From: an uncultured Candidatus Saccharibacteria bacterium
GTDB lineage: Bacteria > Patescibacteriota > Minisyncoccia > Phycocordibacterales > UBA918
DNA: 64,000 bases
Assembly (NCBI GenBank): GCA_964402035.1
Contig: CAYOAM010000002.1
Location: forward strand, 178,964 to 242,963
Reading direction: 5' to 3'
Positions 1-8,776 of the stretch are shown one piece after another. Positions within the stretch are counted from its first letter, which is position 1; each line of letters opens with the position of its first letter. The position numbers and the translations under genes were made by a program. The notes beneath the pieces are model-generated. The model saw only the letters and a program-made list of their open reading frames with translations, ran no database searches and was not told the origin of the DNA.

Positions 1-364
1 TAAACAAGGCTGCTGGAACGCCGACAGCGTGCGCCATCATTGCCCAGATCCCATCAAAATGATACCTACGATGTAACTGTACCGCATACAGGAATGCCAG
101 AACTTGATAGAGTGCCTTATTGAGATGCAACGGAAATCGTCCAAGATCTCCCATATTGGGTTGCGCTGTAGTAAACCCGATCCGATGCACTATAACGTTG
201 CCAATCCTTTCAGTCTTCGGTAATCGAGCGTCGTAACGATTGGTAATCATATGAAACTCATATCTCTGCGGATCGATGCGATCGGTAATTTCTTTGATAG
301 CAATTTCGGCTCCCCCAATGTGACGCGGAAAATATGCTAGAGAAAAAATAAGTATTCGTTTCAT
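1..364 (-). CDS. Glycosyltransferase family 4 (N-terminal Glyco_trans_4-like domain); 5'-partial, runs off the window start
   Basis: Reverse translation from ATG at 364-362 gives MKRILIFSLAYFPRHIGGAEIAIKEITDRIDPQRYEFHMITN..., typical of the GT4 N-terminal domain. No stop before position 1. Confidence 0.55.
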   Translation of the reverse strand, partial: MKRILIFSLAYFPRHIGGAEIAIKEITDRIDPQRYEFHMITNRYDARLPKTERIGNVIVHRIGFTTAQPNMGDLGRFPLHLNKALYQVLAFLYAVQLHRRYHFDGIWAMMAHAVGVPAALF

Positions 365-726
365 GGAAGTATACTAGTCACCATAGCGTGTTTTATCCTT
401 AGTTACAACCATTTTTACATAAAAAAGTCGCCTAGCACCAATCTCATAAGTTGAGTCTGATATTAGGCGACAAAGTGGTCTTTATCGACTGACAACGAGC
501 CACAAAATTGACTGCTTCGGACCCTTCGTCTTTCGGTAAACCACTTTACGAGTAGGTACGCGAATTAGGGGTACGACCGTCGCAGCGGTTGTAGGCTCAC
601 GGAGCGAGGTAAAATAGTGCTTCCGAATTGTTCGCGATGTAACCGGACCTTTTTCCAATACCACCTCCCCAAAAAAGAGCGCTGCAATCTAAAACATTGA
701 AATGAATATATTGGTTACAAAGAGCA

Positions 727-2640
727 TTACTCCCGTACCGGAGGTCGTTCATTTTTTGAAACAGCAAGTATTTTTTGAAGCTCCGCTAGCGTCATTTCTG
801 GCTGCTCTTTTTCTGTCAATCGAGACTCTTGCGGAGTGGTATTTTCAATCTTTTGCGGATTGGCATGCTGTTTTGATGGAGCGACGCGAACAGCTTCTGT
901 ACGTATAGATGACTGCTTAACACCCTCATCAAGTACTGAGCGCAGCGCACTCTTTAAATCGCGTGGTGTCGTAGTCGTTGACGTTGGTGTATTGGAAACC
1001 GCTTTATTTTGCGGTGCTACTTTTTGCTTTTCCTGTTTTGAGATTCGTTCCAAAATAGAGCGCAAATCATCCACATTCTTTGCATGCACTTCACGTGATG
1101 GAGACATCTTCTGACTCATAAGTTCTTTAAACGGTGGCCGCTTACTCTCTTGAGGACGCACGACCTGTTTTGGTCGCACCTCAACAGCTGCGGTAACGTT
1201 TTCTTTTGTATCTTCACGCTGCACCGGTTTCTGTACAACTGTTTGTACGGCAGTAGGAGCAACAACAACCTCAGCTTTAACTTCCTTTTTCGAGGCAGCG
1301 GGACGATCTTTTGATGTTGGTGCTGGTATTACTCGAGCCGGTTTTTTGATCGGTTCATGCCAGATACGTATCAATTCTTCAACTTCAGCACGAGGGCGCG
1401 AATACTTTGCCCGACTAGCCGCAATGACCTGATCCACGTGCGACATCTCTGCTTTTGGTATCGGTGGCAACGTGACCGCGGAAAAAGGCTTCGATCCAAT
1501 ACCATCAATCATGAGTGTGAGATAAATCTGTGCAAAACCTAAATTCACCAAATCGGTAGCGGTAAACTGTGGCGCAAACACAACCTCGAGTGTTTCAGCG
1601 TCAAAAGGACCCACACGAAAACTGATAGTTGTACCGACGTTACCAAAGACCGCATTACGCACCTCTTCTTCCATTTGTTCAACGTACTGATGTGCAATCG
1701 TCAGATTTAGTTTATATTTTCTTGCCTCAGAAAGAATATTTGCAAATGTCTCATTGGCAAATGATTGAAACTCATCTACATAGAGGTAAAAATTGGGCGC
1801 TTTTGCCATTGCTGCTGGCGGCATATCGGCGCGGGACATAGCCGCAAGATAGATGCGCGTAATAAACATCGAACCCAAGAGATTGGCATTGGTTTCCCCC
1901 ACCAAACCTTTTGAAAGATTGATGATAAGAATTTTTCGATCCTCCATCATCTGCCGTATATCAAAACTCGACTTCTCTTGACCAACAATGTTTCGTATCA
2001 GTGGATTTGCAGTAAACTGACCAACTTTGTTTTTGATCGCGTCGCCCGCCTCCTGCATATAACGCTCATTGTATTTTGCAAATTCGTCCACCCAAAAAGA
2101 TCGAACCGAAGGATCTTTCACATTTGCAACTACCTCTTTTCGATAATCAGGGTCAGAGAGCATGCGATTGACCCCGAGCAAGGTCGCTCCCGGATATTCA
2201 AGGAGTGCAAGCATCGTATTTGAGAGGATATACTCCATGCGTGCAGACCATGCGTCGACCCAAATCTTTTTGAACGTCGACATGAGTCCCGAGACCACTA
2301 AGTGGCGCTTGTCATAGCCCACATCCTCCATCACATTGAATGACATCGGATACCCCATATCGAATGGCGCAAAATACAATACATCTTTCATCCGAGACTC
2401 AGGAATGTATTCCAATATCTTTTCGGCCGTTGCGCCGTGTGGGTCCATAAAAGCCATCCCCTCTCCGTGTTTAATATCCTGTACCGCCATATTCTCGAGC
2501 ATGGTTGATTTGCCCATACCGGTCTTGCCAATAACATACATATGCTTGGTACGGTCTTTTGCCTTAATACCAAAAGCGACCTCACGCCCACGAGCATCAG
2601 TACGCGCAAAAAAAGTAATACGTTCTGGATCAAATTGCAT
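727..2640 (-). CDS. P-loop ATPase of the TraD/VirD4/TraG-like type IV coupling protein family (DUF87-like). It has no N-terminal TM segment and a long K/P/V/T-rich low-complexity C-terminal tail.
   Basis: 637-aa ORF. Walker A is VIGKTGMGKST. The TIAHQYVEQM segment and overall layout resemble the T4SS DNA-transfer ATPases commonly annotated in CPR genomes. The tail (roughly 727-1330) is compositionally biased. Confidence 0.5.
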   Translation of the reverse strand: MQFDPERITFFARTDARGREVAFGIKAKDRTKHMYVIGKTGMGKSTMLENMAVQDIKHGEGMAFMDPHGATAEKILEYIPESRMKDVLYFAPFDMGYPMSFNVMEDVGYDKRHLVVSGLMSTFKKIWVDAWSARMEYILSNTMLALLEYPGATLLGVNRMLSDPDYRKEVVANVKDPSVRSFWVDEFAKYNERYMQEAGDAIKNKVGQFTANPLIRNIVGQEKSSFDIRQMMEDRKILIINLSKGLVGETNANLLGSMFITRIYLAAMSRADMPPAAMAKAPNFYLYVDEFQSFANETFANILSEARKYKLNLTIAHQYVEQMEEEVRNAVFGNVGTTISFRVGPFDAETLEVVFAPQFTATDLVNLGFAQIYLTLMIDGIGSKPFSAVTLPPIPKAEMSHVDQVIAASRAKYSRPRAEVEELIRIWHEPIKKPARVIPAPTSKDRPAASKKEVKAEVVVAPTAVQTVVQKPVQREDTKENVTAAVEVRPKQVVRPQESKRPPFKELMSQKMSPSREVHAKNVDDLRSILERISKQEKQKVAPQNKAVSNTPTSTTTTPRDLKSALRSVLDEGVKQSSIRTEAVRVAPSKQHANPQKIENTTPQESRLTEKEQPEMTLAELQKILAVSKNERPPVRE

Positions 2641-2702
2641 AGCAGTTCAAGTATAACAAAAAACTCACAGCAAGGGGTTACCCCCATAGTGTAGAGCATG
2701 CT

Positions 2703-3614
2703 ATGATTCCCGGTACTATGTCACAAGGACAACAGGAAAAAACCCGTGCTGTAGAAAACTGGTGGAACACCAACCCATTTACCTACAACGGCTCGATAGG
2801 AGTTGGCAAAACGGTCGCCGTAGAAGACATGGATGTTAGTTTTTTTGATACCGCCGAAGCCCGCTACAAAAAGCACTCCGGCGGATCAACCGAAGACTCT
2901 GGAAAAGAGGTCTTTTCTAAGTTTATTGACTACCCTTCACTCAACGGGAAAAAAGTGCTTGATATAGCAACGGGCACAGGATTTTCAACGGTAACGTTTG
3001 CGCGTCACGGAGCTATCGTTACCGGTATTGATCTTACTGAGTACGCAACACGAGCAACACAACGAAATTTGGCGCTAAGAAATTTGCCAGGAACCGTTTT
3101 GCAGATGGATGCACAAAAACTTAATTTTCCTGACAATACGTTTGATTTTGTCTGTGCACATGGATGCCTCATGCATATGCCGAGCACCGCGAGTGCGGTA
3201 GCCGAAATCTATCGGGTACTAAAACCAGGTGGCACGATGTACGCATGGATGTATCACAAGGGTTGGTACTATTGGTTTAATATTCTTTTTGTACGCGGCA
3301 TACTCTGCGGAAAATTGTTTACCAACGGTTTTAGTACGCTCAAACTCACGAGTATGTATACCGATGGTGCATTTATGGGAGGCAACCCCCACACACGTCT
3401 CTATTCACGATCTGAGTTTAGAAACCTCTTTATGAAAGGCGGACTCACCAATGTCACTGTACATATCAATCACAATACGGCTGAGTGGGTATCGTGGCCG
3501 ATGGGAAAAATAGGATTTGGACATCGACTCATACCAAAAAGACTTCAGTATTTCTTGAGCGAACGTTGTGGGTTTGGTCTCGGTGCTTCTATTACTGCAA
3601 AAAAACCAGTGTGA
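2703..3614 (+). CDS. Class I SAM-dependent methyltransferase (Methyltransf_11-like)
   Basis: VLDIATGTGFSTVTFARHGAIVTGIDLTEYA is a glycine-rich SAM-binding motif I. Post I/II acidic residues are present. Confidence 0.7.
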   Translation: MIPGTMSQGQQEKTRAVENWWNTNPFTYNGSIGVGKTVAVEDMDVSFFDTAEARYKKHSGGSTEDSGKEVFSKFIDYPSLNGKKVLDIATGTGFSTVTFARHGAIVTGIDLTEYATRATQRNLALRNLPGTVLQMDAQKLNFPDNTFDFVCAHGCLMHMPSTASAVAEIYRVLKPGGTMYAWMYHKGWYYWFNILFVRGILCGKLFTNGFSTLKLTSMYTDGAFMGGNPHTRLYSRSEFRNLFMKGGLTNVTVHINHNTAEWVSWPMGKIGFGHRLIPKRLQYFLSERCGFGLGASITAKKPV

Positions 3615-3628
3615 ACTATGTAGTATCG

Positions 3629-4993
3629 CTACCAATCAATAGCGATTCGATCACCAAGTGACGGCGCTTCGGCCAGTGCATCAAGATAATCTCGTAATCG
3701 TTGCACCAAAAAGAGTGAAGCTTTTTCTTCTCCCATAGTAACGAATACTTTCTTTAATGATTTTGCTGTTCCTGCAACAAAATCAACAAGTGCTTCACGG
3801 TCGGCGTGACCTGAGTACCCTTGGATAGTTTCGATCTTTGCTCGTACCGCGACGACATGCCCATCAATAGTAACTTTTCGTGCACCATCCTGCAAAAGAC
3901 GTCCTATACTCCCCACTGTTTGGTACCCGACCAAAAGCACAGTGTTCTTTGGATCATCGAGATACATTTCTTCATGCTTTCGAATACGTCCCCCATGTGA
4001 CATCCCTGATCCTGCAATGATAATCTTTGGCCCTGGAACAGACTCAATTGCTTCAGATTCTTTCACCGATTCGGTAAAAGATAGCTTGGGAAAATCAAAA
4101 ATATCATCACCATTACTAATCTGTGTTTGTATCTCACGCTTAAGATACGTACTATGCTTGCGGTACAATTCCGTAACCTCGATAGCAAGCGGTGAATCAA
4201 GAAATGTAGGGACAGGCGCAATTTTTTTCGACTCCACAAAGTTATTAATTTCAAACAGCATGGCTTGTGTGCGCTCGAGAGAAAAAGCAGGAATAATCAG
4301 CGTGCCCTTTTTTCGTATCGTATCTTGGATGTATTGGAGCAATAGCGAGGATCGTTCTGCTACATCTTCATGCAGTCGATCACCATAGACACTCTCCATC
4401 ACCATAAACGTAGCATCGGTAGGATACTCTGGCTCATCAAGCAATGGCTGCGGCACATTGCCAATATCCCCCGAGAAAAAGAGCTTCTTGCCATCACGTA
4501 TAAACGTCACAAATGCAGAACCCAAGATATGTCCTGCATTAGAAAAGGAGACCGACATATCATCTTTAATCGCCATCGTCTCTCCGTATGTCATTACTTT
4601 CCATAGACGTAGTGCCGCATCAATATGCGCAGGCTCATAGAGTACCGGCGTCCCATACGTCCGTGCTTCGTATGACATGACATTGTATGCATCTCGCAGC
4701 ATCACTTCTGCGAGATCACGTGTTGGTGGTGTACTATAGATCACCCCTCCAAAACCATCCTTCACCAGTTTCGGTATGCGGCCAATATGGTCTGCATGTG
4801 CGTGTGTTATAAATAATATATTAACGTCCTTAGGATCATAGAGAAAATCAGCACTATTTTCATTTTGTGCAAAATGTGAACCCTGGACGAGTCCACAATC
4901 TACCAATACTTTTTGTGTTTCGGTTTCCAATAAAAAGTTGGCTCCAGTAACACTTCCTGTACCTCCATAAAAACCTAGATGTGCTGTCCGCAT
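3629..4993 (-). CDS. MBL-fold metallo-hydrolase of the beta-CASP RNA-metabolising family (RNase J/CPSF-like)
   Basis: HAHADHIG metallo-beta-lactamase motif. The 454-aa length and beta-CASP-like C-terminal half fit the family. Confidence 0.7.
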   Translation of the reverse strand: MRTAHLGFYGGTGSVTGANFLLETETQKVLVDCGLVQGSHFAQNENSADFLYDPKDVNILFITHAHADHIGRIPKLVKDGFGGVIYSTPPTRDLAEVMLRDAYNVMSYEARTYGTPVLYEPAHIDAALRLWKVMTYGETMAIKDDMSVSFSNAGHILGSAFVTFIRDGKKLFFSGDIGNVPQPLLDEPEYPTDATFMVMESVYGDRLHEDVAERSSLLLQYIQDTIRKKGTLIIPAFSLERTQAMLFEINNFVESKKIAPVPTFLDSPLAIEVTELYRKHSTYLKREIQTQISNGDDIFDFPKLSFTESVKESEAIESVPGPKIIIAGSGMSHGGRIRKHEEMYLDDPKNTVLLVGYQTVGSIGRLLQDGARKVTIDGHVVAVRAKIETIQGYSGHADREALVDFVAGTAKSLKKVFVTMGEEKASLFLVQRLRDYLDALAEAPSLGDRIAIDW

Positions 4994-4995
4994 AA

Positions 4996-5448
4996 TTAAT
5001 ATTGTTTCTTATAGAGCGTTGCGATCATGTAGCCGACCGTTCCCCCCATCAAATCAAAGACAAGATCAGAAAGTGTATCGAGTTTATAATTGACCGCATC
5101 GGCAAGTACGAACCACCATTCAAAAATCTCCCAAGCAATCCCAACAGCAAACACTACCACGAGACACATCCATATCGTTTCTACCCGAATAGGCATCACG
5201 CGCCGAAAGAGAGCAGTCTGTGTACCGAGACCGATAATAACTCCACCCAAAAAATGCATCGGTACATCAAACCACGCATAGACCCAATAGAGAGAATACA
5301 TGAGCGCAAGTTGATGCAAGAGCGCAAGTGTCGTGAGTGCTATAAAAAAAAGAATGAGTGGACTATCAAATCGCATCAGACTAGTATAGCAAAAGATACA
5401 AAAAATCCGGCCTACGCCGGATACTTTGTACGGGTCACATAGAAGCAT
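4996..5448 (-). CDS. Small polytopic membrane protein, possibly VanZ-like
   Basis: 150 aa with 4 predicted hydrophobic helices. The FDVPMHFLGG segment resembles the VanZ D-x3-H-F motif, but the family assignment is weak. Confidence 0.4.
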   Translation of the reverse strand: MLLCDPYKVSGVGRIFCIFCYTSLMRFDSPLILFFIALTTLALLHQLALMYSLYWVYAWFDVPMHFLGGVIIGLGTQTALFRRVMPIRVETIWMCLVVVFAVGIAWEIFEWWFVLADAVNYKLDTLSDLVFDLMGGTVGYMIATLYKKQY

Positions 5449-5774
5449 GTCGCCCTGAAAGTTTCAGGTGGGTGCCCTATCCAATCTGCGGCTGAAATCT
5501 CTTGCGAGTCCTCATTGGCGATTGCGAGATTAGGCTCCCTAACATTACTGTTAAGAGAAACATGCTATAAATGCAACCCTACCGATGATTATAGCAGTTT
5601 TTTCTTTCATGCAAAGTCATTCACAGCCACAGCAGAAAACAAGCACGCAACAAAACGCATTAGATGCTAGGAGATACGAGGCGCGGACGAGGAACGACGC
5701 GAGCCGTATTCAAAATACGGTGAGCTAGTCCCGGAGTCCGCAACAAAGTAGCTTCTGCAGATAATGCGTTTTGT

Positions 5775-6401
5775 CTATTCGAGGATGCCGTTCAGATCGA
5801 CATCGTATAGTATCCGTTCCTGTGCCGTCTTATAGTTAATCAATTCCTTAGCATCAAACCATACAGCGATCTCACGCTCTGCTTCGTCAGGTGACTCTGA
5901 CTGATGAACGAGATTGCGCACTGCGCGATTCTGAAATGTAGAGTGTCCATAGGAATCAACGGTGAGATCTCCACGAATCGTACCAACATCGGACGTCGCA
6001 GGCTCAGTTGAACCAACAATCTTTGATACAATCGCCACAGCTTGATTGCCTTCAACCACCATAGCAAGCACAGGGCCAGCGGTCATAAACGCAACGATAG
6101 TGTCTATAATTCCTCGGCCATATGCCATAGCATCTTTCTTTATAGGGAGACCTTGCGCCGTCAAATCTTCGATAATACGATTGCCTTTCTTAAGAAACCA
6201 CGCATCGTCTTTGTTGTAGTGTACAAGACATTGCTCGCGATTGGGTACCAAAAACTTAAAACCGACAAATTTGAGACCGGTTCGCTCAAAACGGGCAATA
6301 ATCTCGCCAATTAGCCCACGCTGTACGCCGTCAGGTTTGATGATGACCAAAGTGCGCTCTTGGTGCATACCGGGCTTTCGCATTGAAATTTCATTACTCA
6401 T
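5775..6401 (-). CDS. ndk: Nucleoside diphosphate kinase
   Basis: RTLVIIKPDGVQRGLIGEIIARFERTGLKFVGFKF is the canonical NDK N-terminal region. The active-site His region is present. Confidence 0.85.
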   Translation of the reverse strand: MSNEISMRKPGMHQERTLVIIKPDGVQRGLIGEIIARFERTGLKFVGFKFLVPNREQCLVHYNKDDAWFLKKGNRIIEDLTAQGLPIKKDAMAYGRGIIDTIVAFMTAGPVLAMVVEGNQAVAIVSKIVGSTEPATSDVGTIRGDLTVDSYGHSTFQNRAVRNLVHQSESPDEAEREIAVWFDAKELINYKTAQERILYDVDLNGILE

Positions 6402-6467
6402 ACCTATATTATAGCATATTTAAGGCTTTATTCAAGCCATCTTTGTTCACTATTGATATTGCAATAC

Positions 6468-6543
6468 AAAAACAGCACCCTGCACATTTTTAAACCCAGA
6501 CCTACCCCCGACCTTTTTAAAAATGTGCAGGGTGCTGTTTTTG
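6468..6543. terminator. Long perfect hairpin (about 24-bp stem) with A/T runs on both sides; bidirectional terminator-like element downstream of map
   Basis: aaaaacagcaccctgcacattttta ... taaaaatgtgcagggtgctgttttt, with a 24-nt loop aacccagacctacccccgaccttt. Confidence 0.6.
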
Positions 6544-6548
6544 GTCAC

Positions 6549-7325
6549 CTAAGCCTGCTCGGTCACAATCTCGGGGCCTGCTTCGGTGATCAGCACAGTG
6601 TGTTCAAAATGAGCACTACGAGAACCATCCTTGGTACGCACGGTATAACCATCCTCTTCATCAAACACCACCTGCTTTTTGCCCGCATTGAGCATCGGCT
6701 CAATTGCAAATGCCATCCCCACTTCAATTTTTTCCCCTGTCCCAGGGCGTCCAAAATTGGGTACAAATGGCGCTTCATGGACTGCGTAGCCCACGCCGTG
6801 CCCGCAGAGCTCCTCCACAATACCAAAACCAAATGGCTTTACGTAGGATTCGATCGCATGACCAATATCGCCCACCGTATTACCTGCACGCGCCGCAGCA
6901 ATGCCACGCGCGCGCGCTTCTTTTGTAACGTCAATAAGTTTTTGTGAAAGTGCATCAATCTTCCCTACCGCTACGGTCCGAGCTGAATCAACGATCATAT
7001 CGTCAACAGCGATCGAGACATCAATACCGATGATGTCTCCTTCTTTGAGGATGATTGGGCTTTCGTTTGGTATGCCATGCACTATGACGTCGTTGACCGA
7101 TGTGCAGATCGCTGCAGGATAGGGGCGTTCGGCAAACTCCGGATGATACCCAAGAAGAATCGGCTCTGCGCCATACTGTTCGATCAGGCGCATCGCTTCA
7201 TCATCAAGATCTTGGGTCGAAACGCCGGGTGCCACCATACGTTCGAGATCAGTAAGGACGCGCGCAAGAACCTTCCCCGCTTTGCGCATTTTTTCAAAAT
7301 CATCTTTCGTTTTTTTCTGAATCAT
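6549..7325 (-). CDS. map: Methionine aminopeptidase type I
   Basis: 258 aa. The metal-binding D/D/H/E/E pattern is present (e.g. GHGVGYAVHEAP). Position after adk matches the conserved secY-adk-map order. Confidence 0.85.
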   Translation of the reverse strand: MIQKKTKDDFEKMRKAGKVLARVLTDLERMVAPGVSTQDLDDEAMRLIEQYGAEPILLGYHPEFAERPYPAAICTSVNDVIVHGIPNESPIILKEGDIIGIDVSIAVDDMIVDSARTVAVGKIDALSQKLIDVTKEARARGIAAARAGNTVGDIGHAIESYVKPFGFGIVEELCGHGVGYAVHEAPFVPNFGRPGTGEKIEVGMAFAIEPMLNAGKKQVVFDEEDGYTVRTKDGSRSAHFEHTVLITEAGPEIVTEQA

Positions 7326-7347
7326 TTTAAATTTTCCCTTCGATGTC

Positions 7348-7421
7348 GACGACGGGCACGGATGTGTTTTTAAAAAGGTCGGGGGTAGGGCTGGGTTTTA
7401 AAAACACATCCGTGCCCGTCG
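7348..7421. terminator. Second long hairpin, between adk and map. Its loop is the reverse complement of the loop at 6492-6516.
   Basis: cgacgggcacggatgtgttttt...aaaaacacatccgtgcccgtcg. Loop aggtcgggggtagggctggg matches the other loop in inverse orientation with 1 mismatch. Confidence 0.55.
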
Positions 7422-7457
7422 TTTGGTGATGTACTTTCGTGCGCAAAGTGCGCAGTT

Positions 7458-8057
7458 TCAATCTCCAAGCTCCAACCCCTCAATGATCGCATCTGTCACT
7501 GCATCAATAGACAACGTACCATCGATCGTAAGCAACGTCGTTTCCGTTTGCTTCTTATAATACTCAACCACCGGCAAGGTCTTTTCGTAATACCAAGAAA
7601 GTCGAGCCTCGATCGAAGCTGGCGTATCGTCACTGCGCGCACGTGTCCGCATGCGGTCGCGCACAACTTCTTCGGGTGTATCAAGAAAGACGATTGTCCG
7701 TTTTGTACGACCATAGAAACTAAGTGCTGTTTCAAGCACAATCGCCTCTTCAACGGTACGTGGAAAACCATCAATTAAGAGGTGGCACTCTGTATCGAGC
7801 TGCTGCACCATATCGTAGCCCCATAGTGCGACGGAAAGAAACAATGGCTGCAATTCACCAGTGTCCAAGGTCGCACCAATGTGCTCGGCGGTAAAGCCCG
7901 TTTCAATCTGAGCAAAAGAACGAAAACGTCGACCACTTTGGATATCAACGACCCGGCCTGCAGGGTCAAGCTTCCGCAGATACGCGTCGATACGCGCAAT
8001 CTGCGTCCCCTTACCACTCCCCTGTGGTCCGATAAAGATAATCGTCTGTGGCTCCAT
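7458..8057 (-). CDS. adk: Adenylate kinase
   Basis: IIFIGPQGSGKGTQ P-loop and an LID region are present. It follows secY. Confidence 0.85.
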   Translation of the reverse strand: MEPQTIIFIGPQGSGKGTQIARIDAYLRKLDPAGRVVDIQSGRRFRSFAQIETGFTAEHIGATLDTGELQPLFLSVALWGYDMVQQLDTECHLLIDGFPRTVEEAIVLETALSFYGRTKRTIVFLDTPEEVVRDRMRTRARSDDTPASIEARLSWYYEKTLPVVEYYKKQTETTLLTIDGTLSIDAVTDAIIEGLELGD

Positions 8058-8163
8058 GCAATCTACAGAGTACTAGAGCCACCCTTAAAAGACAAGAAAT
8101 TAGTGGTATGCTATGCGGAGCAGTGGCCGACTATCACACCCTCAAAGTATAAACGAAACAAGC

Positions 8164-8730
8164 ATGAAAAAAGAAATAATCACCATCGCAGGAAAGCCAG
8201 GCAGTGGTAAATCAACCACAGCTAATATTTTAGCTCAGCTCCTTGGATACGAACGATACTCAGCAGGAAGTTTTTTGCGAACCATTGCAGAAGACCGTGG
8301 AATCAGCATTGAAGAAGCGAGTCGACTTGCACTTGAGGATGCATCGATCGACAAAGACATGGATGCTCGAGTTACATCGATTGGAACCACACAATCAAAA
8401 ATGGTTATAGACGGGCGGCTTGCATTCCACTTTATACCCCAGTCATTTAAAGTGTACCTCGAGCTCGATTTAAAAGTCGCAGCAGAAAGAATCTTTAGAG
8501 AAGACGAAATGGCGAGAATTGCTCGTGGCGAGATGGCAAAGACCGAGACTGCGCTCTATGAAGACATCAGCGCCCGCTTCCAAAGCGAACAGCTGCGGTA
8601 CCAAGGCCTGTATCACATAAACCCCCACCAACACTCATATTTTGATCTTGTGCTCGATACTACCGATCAATCCCCCGATGATGTTGCGCAACAGATTGTA
8701 AACGCGTACCAAAAATGGCTTGAAGCCTAA
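8164..8730 (+). CDS. cmk: Cytidylate (CMP) kinase, archaeal-type short form
   Basis: MKKEIITIAGKPGSGKSTTANILAQLLGYERYSAGSFLRTIAEDRGISIEE closely follows the archaeal CMK pattern (ITISGPPGSGKTT...G...SAG..FR..A...G.S.EE). The ORF-track start at 8113 is probably upstream of the true ATG at 8164. Confidence 0.6.
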   Translation: MKKEIITIAGKPGSGKSTTANILAQLLGYERYSAGSFLRTIAEDRGISIEEASRLALEDASIDKDMDARVTSIGTTQSKMVIDGRLAFHFIPQSFKVYLELDLKVAAERIFREDEMARIARGEMAKTETALYEDISARFQSEQLRYQGLYHINPHQHSYFDLVLDTTDQSPDDVAQQIVNAYQKWLEA

Positions 8731-8740
8731 TCTTTAAAAA

Positions 8741-8776
8741 GAAAAGCCCGCACCTAGGGTGCGGGCTTTTCTTTTT
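8741..8776. terminator. Bidirectional rho-independent terminator shared by cmk (+) and secY (-)
   Basis: aaaagcccgcacctagggtgcgggcttttcttttt. Confidence 0.75.

Noticed and set aside
482-664. 60-aa minus-strand ORF in the gap between the GT4 gene and the TraD-like gene
   Set aside because: Basic low-complexity translation with no start context. The region is more likely 3' UTR, terminator and promoter. It contains a gtcgccta...taggcgac inverted repeat.
5449-5774. 325-bp intergenic region between ndk and the membrane-protein gene, considered as an ncRNA or tRNA site
   Set aside because: No tRNA cloverleaf could be folded. It is most simply the ndk 3' region plus a TTGCAT/TATAAT-like promoter and 5' UTR of the downstream gene. 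Spacing is suboptimal, so even the promoter call is weak.
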